This document shows, piece by piece, positions 41,435 through 49,817 of a stretch of DNA of 49,817 nucleotides. The notes under the pieces were generated by a model. The model worked only from the letters and a program-made list of their open reading frames with translations, was not told where the DNA came from and ran no database searches. A program made the position numbers and the translations under genes. Positions within the stretch are counted from its first letter, which is position 1, and every line of letters starts with the position of its first letter. This stretch comes from Promethearchaeota archaeon Loki_b32 (GTDB taxonomy: Archaea > Asgardarchaeota > Lokiarchaeia > Sigyniarchaeales > SOKP01): assembly GCA_005223125.1 (NCBI GenBank), contig NJBH01000030.1, positions 1-49,817 on the forward strand, read 5' to 3'.

Positions 41435-42748
41435 TTATTTTAAATAATCTGGTACTATTTGGTTTCTCAATAAATCGTCATAAGTTTCTTCTTCGCGGAT
41501 TTTAAATGTATTTCCATCATTTATTAAAATTTCTGCGGGTCTTGGTCTTGAATTATAGGGACTACTCATGGTGAAGCCATATGCACCCGCATCTAATATA
41601 GTTAGGTAATCTCCTTCACTTAATTCTGGTAGAACTCTTTCTTTACCAAAAATATCGCCTGATTCACATATAGGTCCAACGATATCGTATTTTGAATTTT
41701 CTTCCTTATCTCTTTCATCACAAACAATTATATGATGATATGAACCATACAATGTGGGTCGAATTAGAGTATTGAATCCCGCATCTATTCCAGCAAACAA
41801 TTTAAAACCATTATCTTTTATGGTATTGACTTGCGTTAAAAGAATACTTGATTCAGCAGAAATATATCGTCCTGGTTCAATAAAAATACAAGGTTCTCCA
41901 ATCTCTCCATTTTCTATACTTTCTTTAAATTTTTTAATTACAATATCGCTATATCTGTTTAAATCAAGGGGATCTGTTTCTGGATGGTATGGTATACCCA
42001 AACCTCCACCAAAATCCACAAATTCAAAATGGATTCCTAGTTCTTTTATGATTTTTTCTATTATTATAAGAAATTTTTCAACAGGCATCTCATAATCGTT
42101 AGCCTCAATAATTCCAGAACCAATATGTTGGTGAATACCAAATTTCTTAAAGCCTAATTCTTTTGCCTTTGAATATACCTTAACCATTTGATGCTCTAAA
42201 ATCCCAAATTTAATATCTTTTCCTGTTGTTATAGTATGAGGATGATGTCCAGCCCCAAATTCTGGATTATACCTAAAAGAAATGAGGATTTTCTCTTTTT
42301 CTAATTTTTCATAAATCTTTGCTAATCTTTTTAATTGGCTGAAACTATCTAAATTTACTAATATATCCTGCTTAACTGAGAATTCGAAATCTTGATCAGT
42401 AAACATATTCCCTGTATAGATTATTCGATCTGGTGGAATTCCCGATTTCAAACATGTATAAATCTCGCCTGTTGATGAACAATCAAAATAAGATCCTTCA
42501 GAGCTTAATATTTTTAAAATTGCTAAATTGGTATTTGATTTTACAGCAAAATAAATCCTATTTTTTTTATATACTAGATTAAGCATATATTTTAATTCTT
42601 TATATCTCTTTCGAATCATCTGTTCATTAATAACATAAATGGGAGTTCCATATTTTTCAGCGATGTCAAGCGTGTTTAAATTCGCAAAGTATAATATTCC
42701 CTGTCTATATTCTAAATCTTTATAATTCAACCAATCAACATAGTTCAT
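41435..42748 (-). CDS. lysA: Diaminopimelate decarboxylase
   Basis: YGTP, FAVKSN, KFG, HQHIGS, DFGGG, EPGR, GPICESGD, GAYG..YNSRPR. Confidence 0.96.
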   Translation of the reverse strand: MNYVDWLNYKDLEYRQGILYFANLNTLDIAEKYGTPIYVINEQMIRKRYKELKYMLNLVYKKNRIYFAVKSNTNLAILKILSSEGSYFDCSSTGEIYTCLKSGIPPDRIIYTGNMFTDQDFEFSVKQDILVNLDSFSQLKRLAKIYEKLEKEKILISFRYNPEFGAGHHPHTITTGKDIKFGILEHQMVKVYSKAKELGFKKFGIHQHIGSGIIEANDYEMPVEKFLIIIEKIIKELGIHFEFVDFGGGLGIPYHPETDPLDLNRYSDIVIKKFKESIENGEIGEPCIFIEPGRYISAESSILLTQVNTIKDNGFKLFAGIDAGFNTLIRPTLYGSYHHIIVCDERDKEENSKYDIVGPICESGDIFGKERVLPELSEGDYLTILDAGAYGFTMSSPYNSRPRPAEILINDGNTFKIREEETYDDLLRNQIVPDYLK

Positions 42749-42804
42749 GATATCACGAAAGTGGGTTAATGAAAATAATAATTATTACACTTTGAGATAA
42801 ATCT

Positions 42805-43686
42805 TTATATCTCGATTCTCTCAAGTATACCGTCGAATACCTTTTCTATTGGACCTTCCATGAGAACTCTTCTCCCTATATAGGTAATTTTTAAATCTCC
42901 TCCATCATTATGTACAACTATAGGTACATTTTCATTGAAAATACCTAATATCGTACCAGCTACAACTGTAGCACATGCTCCTGTGCCACATGATTTAGTT
43001 ATACCAACTCCTCTTTCAAATACTCTTACAATACTTTCTTCCTTAGAAATTGCTTTAACAAATTCAACATTGACTTTATTTGGAAAACGATCATGAGATT
43101 CTATTGCCGCCCCATACATATTTAATTTATCATCATCAAATTCCTCTTCAGTAAAGATAACGGCATGGGGATTTCCCATTGAAACAGCTGTAAAATTAAA
43201 AATTTTATCCAAAATAACTAAAGGTTCATTAACACATCGATCTACATTACTATCCAAAAGCACAGGGATTTCTTCACAATTTAAAATAGGGGGCCCCATA
43301 TCAATCTCCACGCTTTTCACTCGGTTATTAACTATGTTAAGTTTAGCAACCATGATTCCTTTAAGGGTCTCGATCTTGATCTTATCTTTTTTAACAATAT
43401 TACTTTCATAGATGTATTTTGAAAAACATCTAATTCCATTTCCGCACATTTCTGCTTCTAATCCATCACTGTTAAATATCCTCATTTTTATATCGGCATC
43501 TTTCGATTCACATACAAAAATTAAGCCATCTGCTCCGATTGAAAAATGAATTTCACATAATTTAAGTGCTAAGGTTGACTTTTTATTCTCTGGAATTCTC
43601 CATTTGATATCATCAATTATAATATAATCATTCCCTAAGCCATGATATTTTCCAAATTCTAAATTTTTTAAAATAAATTGCTCCAT
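42805..43686 (-). CDS. dapF: Diaminopimelate epimerase
   Basis: KYHGLGNDY, GADG, EMCGNGIRC, GNPH, ERGVGITKSCGTG. Confidence 0.97.
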   Translation of the reverse strand: MEQFILKNLEFGKYHGLGNDYIIIDDIKWRIPENKKSTLALKLCEIHFSIGADGLIFVCESKDADIKMRIFNSDGLEAEMCGNGIRCFSKYIYESNIVKKDKIKIETLKGIMVAKLNIVNNRVKSVEIDMGPPILNCEEIPVLLDSNVDRCVNEPLVILDKIFNFTAVSMGNPHAVIFTEEEFDDDKLNMYGAAIESHDRFPNKVNVEFVKAISKEESIVRVFERGVGITKSCGTGACATVVAGTILGIFNENVPIVVHNDGGDLKITYIGRRVLMEGPIEKVFDGILERIEI

Positions 43687-43825
43687 GTAATATCTAAGGT
43701 ATGTACTTTAGACAATAATATTTAATTTTATTCATACTTCAAAAAAATTACTAAAGTGAATTTTAATTAAAACTCATAATTATAATATAATATATTTTTT
43801 TGAATCAGATACAATAACTTTTATT

Positions 43826-44371
43826 ATGAACTATAAAAAGCTCTCAATATCGATTTTTTTACTACTTTTATTAGTACCAATTATTAACGCAAAAGCCTTC
43901 ACCTATATAGATAATATTAAAGATGGAAATTACATTTTTTTTCTAATTGACTTGGAGAGTGGAAATCATCTTGAACTTAGCTTAACTCATGAGGGAAGTG
44001 GTAATTTTACTCTTTTTATATTTAATTCGCGGCCCAGTGATTCAAATGTAAATGAGGATAAAACTCTAAAATCAAAAATTTTCAATAATCCGCCAACTGT
44101 TGATTACAATTTGGATGATAATCCATATATTAATTACACTGCTACAGTGACAAAGATATATTATATAGAAATCATAATCGTTGGTGGTGGTCCAGATACC
44201 TTTACTTTAATATCTACTCGATATCACGCCAATAATTCCTTAAACGATAAGGATTTAACAAGATATTATCTACCAATAATTCCTGGTTTTCAATTAGAAT
44301 ACTTATTAATCTCACTTACTTTCACAATAGGAGTAATATTTATACTACTTAAAAAAAAGATGAGTAATTGA
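43826..44371 (+). CDS. Secreted/surface protein with a C-terminal IPGF-TM-KKK sorting signal
   Basis: Signal peptide (..INAKA|FT) and C-terminal IIPGF + TM + LKKK. Confidence 0.75.
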   Translation: MNYKKLSISIFLLLLLVPIINAKAFTYIDNIKDGNYIFFLIDLESGNHLELSLTHEGSGNFTLFIFNSRPSDSNVNEDKTLKSKIFNNPPTVDYNLDDNPYINYTATVTKIYYIEIIIVGGGPDTFTLISTRYHANNSLNDKDLTRYYLPIIPGFQLEYLLISLTFTIGVIFILLKKKMSN

Positions 44372-44490
44372 AAATAATATTTTTAATATATCCAAAAATA
44401 TCTTCTTTTAGATAACTATTTTGAAATTAATTAGAAAAAGTTGTTTTATAAGAGCAATATGTAGAAAGCAATAAAGGAGGATAAATAAAA

Positions 44491-46170
44491 ATGTATGAGA
44501 AAAAGCCTTGGTTAAAATTTTATGATAAGCATGTTCCTGAATATATTGATTATCCAAGAACTACAATGTATAACGCTGTATTAAAAACCTCTGAAAAATA
44601 TCCTGAGTCAATAGCTTATGATTTTATGGGATATGAATCTACGTATAAACAATTGATTGAACAAATTGATCAATGTGCTAAAGCCCTATTCAATTTAGGA
44701 TTAAGAAAGGGCGATCGGATGACAATAGCAATGCCAACAACACCTCAAGGGATTATCTGTTTCTATGCAATAAATAAAATTGGGGCAATTGCCAGTATGA
44801 TCCATCCTCTAAGTCCTCCAAAACAGATTGAATTTTTCTTAAACCTGAGTAATAGTACGTTTGCTCTTACAATTGATAAAATATATCCTAATTTCGAGAA
44901 AATTTTTGATAAAACACCCTTAAAAGCATTAATACTAACTCAACTAAGTCAAGATAAAGTTGAAATACCCGAAAATCCACAAATTACTTGGTGGAAATAC
45001 ATCATGGCTAAAGAATATGGTGATATTCCAAAAATTCAAGTAAATCCTGATGAAATGGCAGCAATCTTATATTCTGGAGGAACGACCGGTGTTCCAAAAG
45101 GTATAATGCTCTCTAATTACAATTTTATAGCAGAAGGAACTCAAACCGCGACATGGATGAACTTATCAGATAGAGATTCAGCTCTTGCAATATTACCAAT
45201 TTTTCATGGTTTTGGACTTGGAATATGCGTTAATGCTGTATTTATGGGTGGTGGAAAAAGTATATTAGTTCCCTCATTTACACCTGATCAAGTTGCGGAT
45301 TTAATTAAAACTAAAAAACCAAACTTGATATTTGGGGTTCCTACGTTATATGAAGCTCTTAACCGAAACCCAAATTTCCAAAACACAGACTTAAGCTTTT
45401 TAAAAGCAGCATTTTGTGGAGCAGATACTCTGCCACGTACTACAAAAGAAAAATTTGAAGAAATTTGTAGAAATAATAGCTCGAATGTTCAACTCCGGGA
45501 AGGATATGGATTAACAGAAGCGGTTACTGGAATTTGTGCTATGCCATTAGGTGAATATAGAGAGGGAAGTATCGGAATTCCTTTTCCTGATATGATAATG
45601 AAAATAGTAAATATTGATACATCAGAAGAAGCTCCAATTGGTCAAGAGGGCGAGTTATGTATCAATGGACCTGCCGTCATGTTAGGGTATCTAAACAAAC
45701 CTGAAGAGACTGCTGAAACTTTAAAAAAACACAATGATGGAAAAATTTGGCTCCACACAGGAGATATCGCAACAATGGATAAAGACGGATTCTTCTATTT
45801 CAAAATTAGACTTAAAAGAATGATAAAATCATCTGGTTTTAATGTATATCCCGTTCAGGTCGAAAATATTCTTTATAAACATCCTGATGTCCTTGAAGCT
45901 TGTGTTATTGGAGTACCCGATGAAAAACAAGTCCAAATAGTTAAAGCATTTGTAGTTTTAAAAGATCCTAAAAATGAAAGTAAAGAATTGGAAAAAGTAT
46001 TAATTGAATACTGTACTGAAAATTTAATCAAATGGAGTTGCCCACGAGAAATTGAGTTTACCAATCAATTACCTAAAACATTGGTTGGAAAAATTGACTT
46101 TAAACAGTTAGAGGAACAAGAAATAGCAAAATTAAAAGCAAAAGGAAAATATATCGGAGAAAAAGACTAG
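44491..46170 (+). CDS. Long-chain fatty-acid--CoA ligase (AMP-binding)
   Basis: YSGGTTGVPKG, EGYGLTE, LHTGD, GFNVYP, LPKTLVGK. Confidence 0.95.
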   Translation: MYEKKPWLKFYDKHVPEYIDYPRTTMYNAVLKTSEKYPESIAYDFMGYESTYKQLIEQIDQCAKALFNLGLRKGDRMTIAMPTTPQGIICFYAINKIGAIASMIHPLSPPKQIEFFLNLSNSTFALTIDKIYPNFEKIFDKTPLKALILTQLSQDKVEIPENPQITWWKYIMAKEYGDIPKIQVNPDEMAAILYSGGTTGVPKGIMLSNYNFIAEGTQTATWMNLSDRDSALAILPIFHGFGLGICVNAVFMGGGKSILVPSFTPDQVADLIKTKKPNLIFGVPTLYEALNRNPNFQNTDLSFLKAAFCGADTLPRTTKEKFEEICRNNSSNVQLREGYGLTEAVTGICAMPLGEYREGSIGIPFPDMIMKIVNIDTSEEAPIGQEGELCINGPAVMLGYLNKPEETAETLKKHNDGKIWLHTGDIATMDKDGFFYFKIRLKRMIKSSGFNVYPVQVENILYKHPDVLEACVIGVPDEKQVQIVKAFVVLKDPKNESKELEKVLIEYCTENLIKWSCPREIEFTNQLPKTLVGKIDFKQLEEQEIAKLKAKGKYIGEKD

Positions 46171-46395
46171 ATAGGACATTAATATCCATTTTAAATATCT
46201 TTTGTTTTTTTGCAAGATTCCATAATAAAAATCTTAATTTCGAAAACCGATATGTATGTCTTTTAAATCATTGAGGTTTTCAATAAACAAATTTTATATT
46301 TTGTATAATGTTTTTTTCAATATCAATAAAAATTAAATTAATTAAAGTGATATAAAATTTCCTTCGATGAATTAAGTAAAAAATTAGCAGAGTTT

Positions 46396-47583
46396 ATGAA
46401 AAATATAGAAGAAATTGAGCTCCAAGATGTAGATTTATTCGCAGAATATCTGGAATTTCAAATGTTACCAAGCATAGTTCAAGCTGCCGCTCAAGCAGTA
46501 TTACCAGGAGTTCCTGGAAAAGCTGAGTGGACACCTGCCAAATTCTCACTTGATTTGGATTATCCCGGGAAAATCGAGACAATTGAATTTATTCGCTCAA
46601 ATGGTAAAAAAGCTACTATCGGTGGAGAAGTTGTCCCTCCCTTCTATAACTTTTTGGGACTTGAGAAAAGAAATCCTAATCCTCCGCTCGTTACGTATGA
46701 CGTATTTGATATGGGCGCAAAAATGATGCTTCCAAAACCTATTAAACAAGAATATGGCGAAGTATTAGGAGACCCTGCCGAATGGGCGAAGTTTGCTGTT
46801 GATAAGTTTGGAGCAGAATGCATAACATTCCATTCATTAGAGATCGATCCTGCGATGGGTGATGCTCCAGTTTCACAATCCAGAAAATTTTTAGAAGATA
46901 TTCTTCAAGCTGTTGATGTTCCTGTCATAATTGGTTGCTCAGGAAACAAGAAGAAAGATGTTGAGATGTTTACTGAATTAGCAGCTATCTCCGAAAGTGA
47001 AGTTTTGATGTTATCCGCGGCAGATAAGGCTACATGGGAGGAGGTTATCCCTCTAGCAGTCAAACATGATCATAACTGCTTACTTTGGACCAGTTTAGAT
47101 CTGAACAACCAAATTAAGATGAATAAGGATGCTCTTGAATTAGGATTACCCAGAAACCGTATTGTCATGGACCCAACAGTATGTGCATAATTCATGCAAT
47201 ATATTGGGAAATGCGCGACACTCGGTTATGGGATGGAGTACAGTTTCAGTATTTATCAAAGAATGCGCGTTGCTGGATTATTAGGCGAAACTGATTTAGC
47301 TTACCCAATAAGTGGAGGAACAACAAATGCATGGGGAGCACGTGAGGCATGGATGAGTGAAAAAATAGCACCTGAATGGGGATTACGCCAATATCGAGGC
47401 CCCATATGGGAAATCCTCAATGCTTTAGCTTTATGCACAGTAGGCATTGATCTTTGTATGATGTTCCATCCAGTAGCCGCAAAACATGTTAAAGAAATAA
47501 CTTCTCAATTTTTCGCAGAAGTTCCAAAAGTTTTAGACGATAAAGGTTATTATGATTGGGTTTCAGCAAATTTGAAACGTTAG
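46396..47583 (+). CDS. cdhD: Acetyl-CoA decarbonylase/synthase complex delta subunit, interrupted by a 33-nt BHB intron; join(46396..47177,47211..47583) = 384 aa (may start at ATT 46357)
   Basis: YPGKI, IGGE..PFY, DVFD, DPAEWAK, AVDVPVIIGCSGN..KD, IVMDPT|CATLGYGMEYS, TTNAWGAREAWM, RGPIWE, MFHP. Confidence 0.9.
47178..47210 (+). other. Putative BHB-type (tRNA-endonuclease-spliced) mRNA intron
   Basis: CCCA|AC^A|GTATGTGCAT-AATTC-ATGCAATATAT|TGGG|AA^A; contains an in-frame TAA. Confidence 0.85.
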
Positions 47584-47719
47584 ATTTTTATAAATTTTTT
47601 TTCTTTTTATTCCGAAATTTTTAAAAATATCAAAGGAAAATAAAAATAGTAATTTAATTATTAATTTATACTGATCTTTTTTTCTGAATAAGCGCTTAGT
47701 ATGCATTTCTTTTAAACGA

Positions 47720-47968
47720 TTACCAATAGTAATTTAAATATACACCAATTATAGCAATTAGAAAGAGAAAAAAAATCGCGGCAAAGGACATTCCTAATAC
47801 AGGTAAGAGCCATTCAGCAATAACTCTTGGGTAACAATGGGTTTGATAATCAGATTTTTTATAGCAAAGGTTGTATTCAATAATATTTATTGCCACAAAG
47901 GTTACAAATAGAGTACATACGGTAGCTATTATCAGCAATATTATAATTTGTTTACGACTCAAAAACAT
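47720..47968 (-). CDS. Small two-TM membrane protein
   Basis: Two hydrophobic helices; SD-like GGGGGT upstream. Confidence 0.6.
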   Translation of the reverse strand: MFLSRKQIIILLIIATVCTLFVTFVAINIIEYNLCYKKSDYQTHCYPRVIAEWLLPVLGMSFAAIFFLFLIAIIGVYLNYYW

Positions 47969-48272
47969 GTTTAATTTACCCCCTTTATAGTTGTTTAATA
48001 TTTTTACTTTTTGTTGAAATATTAATTTAAAAATAATATCTGTATTAAAATTTGAATTTCAAAATTAATTGAATTGTTAGTAATCATAATTTATAATTCT
48101 TATTATATAAGGAACTTAGTGTAGTATGATAAAATTAGCTTTAATAAATTAGTGCTGAAGAATTTAATCAAGACATTTCCAAGAATCCACAAGTAATTGA
48201 TACTCAAAGTATTCATCGTGGATTTTAGATATTGGATGGTTTCATCCTCTTATAGGAGCATTAAATCGTTCT

Positions 48273-49277
48273 TTGGAGTATTTAAAACAGAGTTTGGCAC
48301 TAAACCGTGAGTTGGGTCAAGATAGGAGCGCTGCATTTAATCTGATAAATATAACTATAAATTTAATTGATAACAATGATCTTGAAAGGGCGAAGCAATA
48401 TCTTAATGATTTGGAGCAAATGGAAATTTGTTCCAAAGATAATTTCATTAATTTATGGTATCGTTTTTGTAAAGCCTATTTATTGAAAACAAGTCTAAGG
48501 GCTCCCAATCGAGGAGAAGCTGAAGTAATTTTAAAACAAATCCTTGATGAGGAATTTGATGATTATGAACTCAATGTGTGGACACTACTTAAGTTATGTG
48601 AATTGCTCTTAATTGAGGTGCGTACGCTTAATGATTTGGGAATATTAGAAGAAGTGGAAACCCTAATTGCTCAACTATTAGATCTTGCTGAAAAGAGCCA
48701 ATCCTATCATCTTTTAACTGAAATAAATTTTTTAAAAGGAAAAATAGCTCTGTTGACTTTAGATATGAAAGAGGCAAGAAAATCCTTAACTCAGGCTCAG
48801 CGAATCGCAGAAAGATGGGGTTTTAATCAATTGGCAACCAAAATTTCTCTGGAACATGACAAATTACGTAATCAATTAAGCATGTGGGATGACTTAAGAG
48901 AGGAAGAAATTTCCTTATCGGATCGAATAAAGTTAGCAGGTATGGACGAACACATGGAACATCTCCTCCGGAATCGTGCTACTTTAACCACTCAAGTTAA
49001 AGAAGAGCAAATTACAGTACATAAAGAACGAAAAATCTGTTTAGTCTGTAAGGGAGATATATTAGGTTTCATGTACGCCTGCAGTTGCGATGCTCTTTAC
49101 TGTGAAAAATGCGCTCGGGCTTTAAGCGAAATAGAGAATGTGTGCTTGGTCTGCAATACCCCGATTGATATAACTAAGCCTATAAAACCTTACAAAGAGG
49201 AAGAAGTTGGAAAAAAAGATATCGTAAAAGAGCCTCACAAAAATCCGAAGAATAATGATATTCCTTTAAAGAAATAA
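48273..49277 (+). CDS. TPR-like protein with C-terminal C4C4 RING-like zinc finger (probably 5'-truncated)
   Basis: TPR-like helices; CLVC-x10-CSC-x4-CEKC-x10-CLVC; a degenerate TPR frame continues upstream to a stop at 48198. Confidence 0.75.
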   Translation: MEYLKQSLALNRELGQDRSAAFNLINITINLIDNNDLERAKQYLNDLEQMEICSKDNFINLWYRFCKAYLLKTSLRAPNRGEAEVILKQILDEEFDDYELNVWTLLKLCELLLIEVRTLNDLGILEEVETLIAQLLDLAEKSQSYHLLTEINFLKGKIALLTLDMKEARKSLTQAQRIAERWGFNQLATKISLEHDKLRNQLSMWDDLREEEISLSDRIKLAGMDEHMEHLLRNRATLTTQVKEEQITVHKERKICLVCKGDILGFMYACSCDALYCEKCARALSEIENVCLVCNTPIDITKPIKPYKEEEVGKKDIVKEPHKNPKNNDIPLKK

Positions 49278-49379
49278 TCACTTTTATTGATAAATTAGTT
49301 TTAGAATAACGCAATATTATGAATCAAACGAATATAAAATCATAATAATTTATTTGAGAGTATATTTAAATTCTAAATT

Positions 49380-49736
49380 GTGATAATAATATACGACAAA
49401 TCTTTATATTTACAACGTGAACCTTTTGGAGAAATTAAGCGAAGAATGTTAAATGATATATTTTTTTATTCAGAACAAAGATTACAACGTTTAGCGCATG
49501 ATCAAATTTGGAAGGGAAAAGGAACAGAAAGTGATCCTTTTGTTATAAAAAATGCTAATATTCTTGGTCAAGCAATTTTAATTAATAACTCATCTTTGTA
49601 TATTTCTTTTGTAAACTGTAACTTTGATCAAGCTCAGTTTGAAGGGTGTCACAATATTCTGTTGAAAGATTGTACTTTTGGGAAACTAGTTTTAAGTAGA
49701 TGTAAGAGTTTCAAAATCAATACGTGCTTTGTATAA
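49380..49736 (+). pseudogene. Truncated beta-helix repeat protein
   Basis: GKGTESDPFVI motif followed by short beta repeats; ends abruptly. Confidence 0.5.
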
Positions 49737-49774
49737 GAAACACGATTTAGAGAGAGAAGGCTACGGCTCAATTT

Positions 49775-49817
49775 CTAAAACCTCCACTTCAAATCAGGAT
49801 CCAAATTCCACCATAAA
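49775..49817 (-). CDS. Possible 3' end of a gene running off the window (..LWWNLDPDLKWRF*)
   Basis: Short open frame ending in TAG at 49777-49775. Confidence 0.3.
   Translation of the reverse strand, partial: LWWNLDPDLKWRF

Noticed and set aside
596-46582. Short antisense or alternate-frame ORFs in the track (e.g. 17950-18270, 21464-21937, 31660-31845, 41754-42095)
   Set aside because: They are shadows of well-supported genes and carry no motifs of their own.
47188-47190. cdhD internal stop as Sec/Pyl recoding, simple nonsense mutation or natural gene fission
   Set aside because: The codon is TAA and comes with 10 other extra codons inside a conserved motif. Precise BHB excision explains all of them.
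49761-49817. Insertion sequence end next to the truncated beta-helix gene
   Set aside because: Only about 55 nt are visible, with no partner inverted repeat or transposase motif.
1-49817. CRISPR array, rRNA, intact transposase, integrase or prophage
   Set aside because: No regularly spaced repeats, long GC-rich structural RNA or recombinase motifs were seen.

Overview
AT-rich (roughly 30% GC by eye) archaeal chromosomal DNA, most consistent with an Asgard archaeon (Lokiarchaeia-like). Supporting features are archaeal Cdc48, archaemetzincin, FwdF- and CdhD-like proteins, TPR/LRR/RING proteins, PAS histidine kinases, many TTG/GTG starts and a tRNA with bulge-helix-bulge (BHB) introns. The window holds an eroded accessory region (1-9.7 kb), metV-metF plus an LLM oxidoreductase, an orphan N6-adenine methyltransferase, an hsp20-cdc48-regulator operon, an fwdF-like polyferredoxin, an ABC exporter, tRNA-Pro(TGG) with two non-canonical introns, dapA/dapB/lysA/dapF, an acyl-CoA ligase and cdhD. 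Main finding: cdhD is interrupted by a 33-nt, stop-containing insert (47178-47210) that folds into a BHB-type tRNA-splicing-endonuclease substrate. Removing it at the standard cut sites restores the motif IVMDPT-CATLGYG, so it is a candidate tRNA-type intron in an Asgard Wood-Ljungdahl mRNA. Its geometry matches the two tRNA introns in the same window. Secondary patterns are duplicated gene 3' ends flanking inserted cargo, probable ATT/ATA starts, a poly-A frameshift in fwdF and deletion-fused pseudogenes. All family calls come from motif recognition by eye; no database searches were run.
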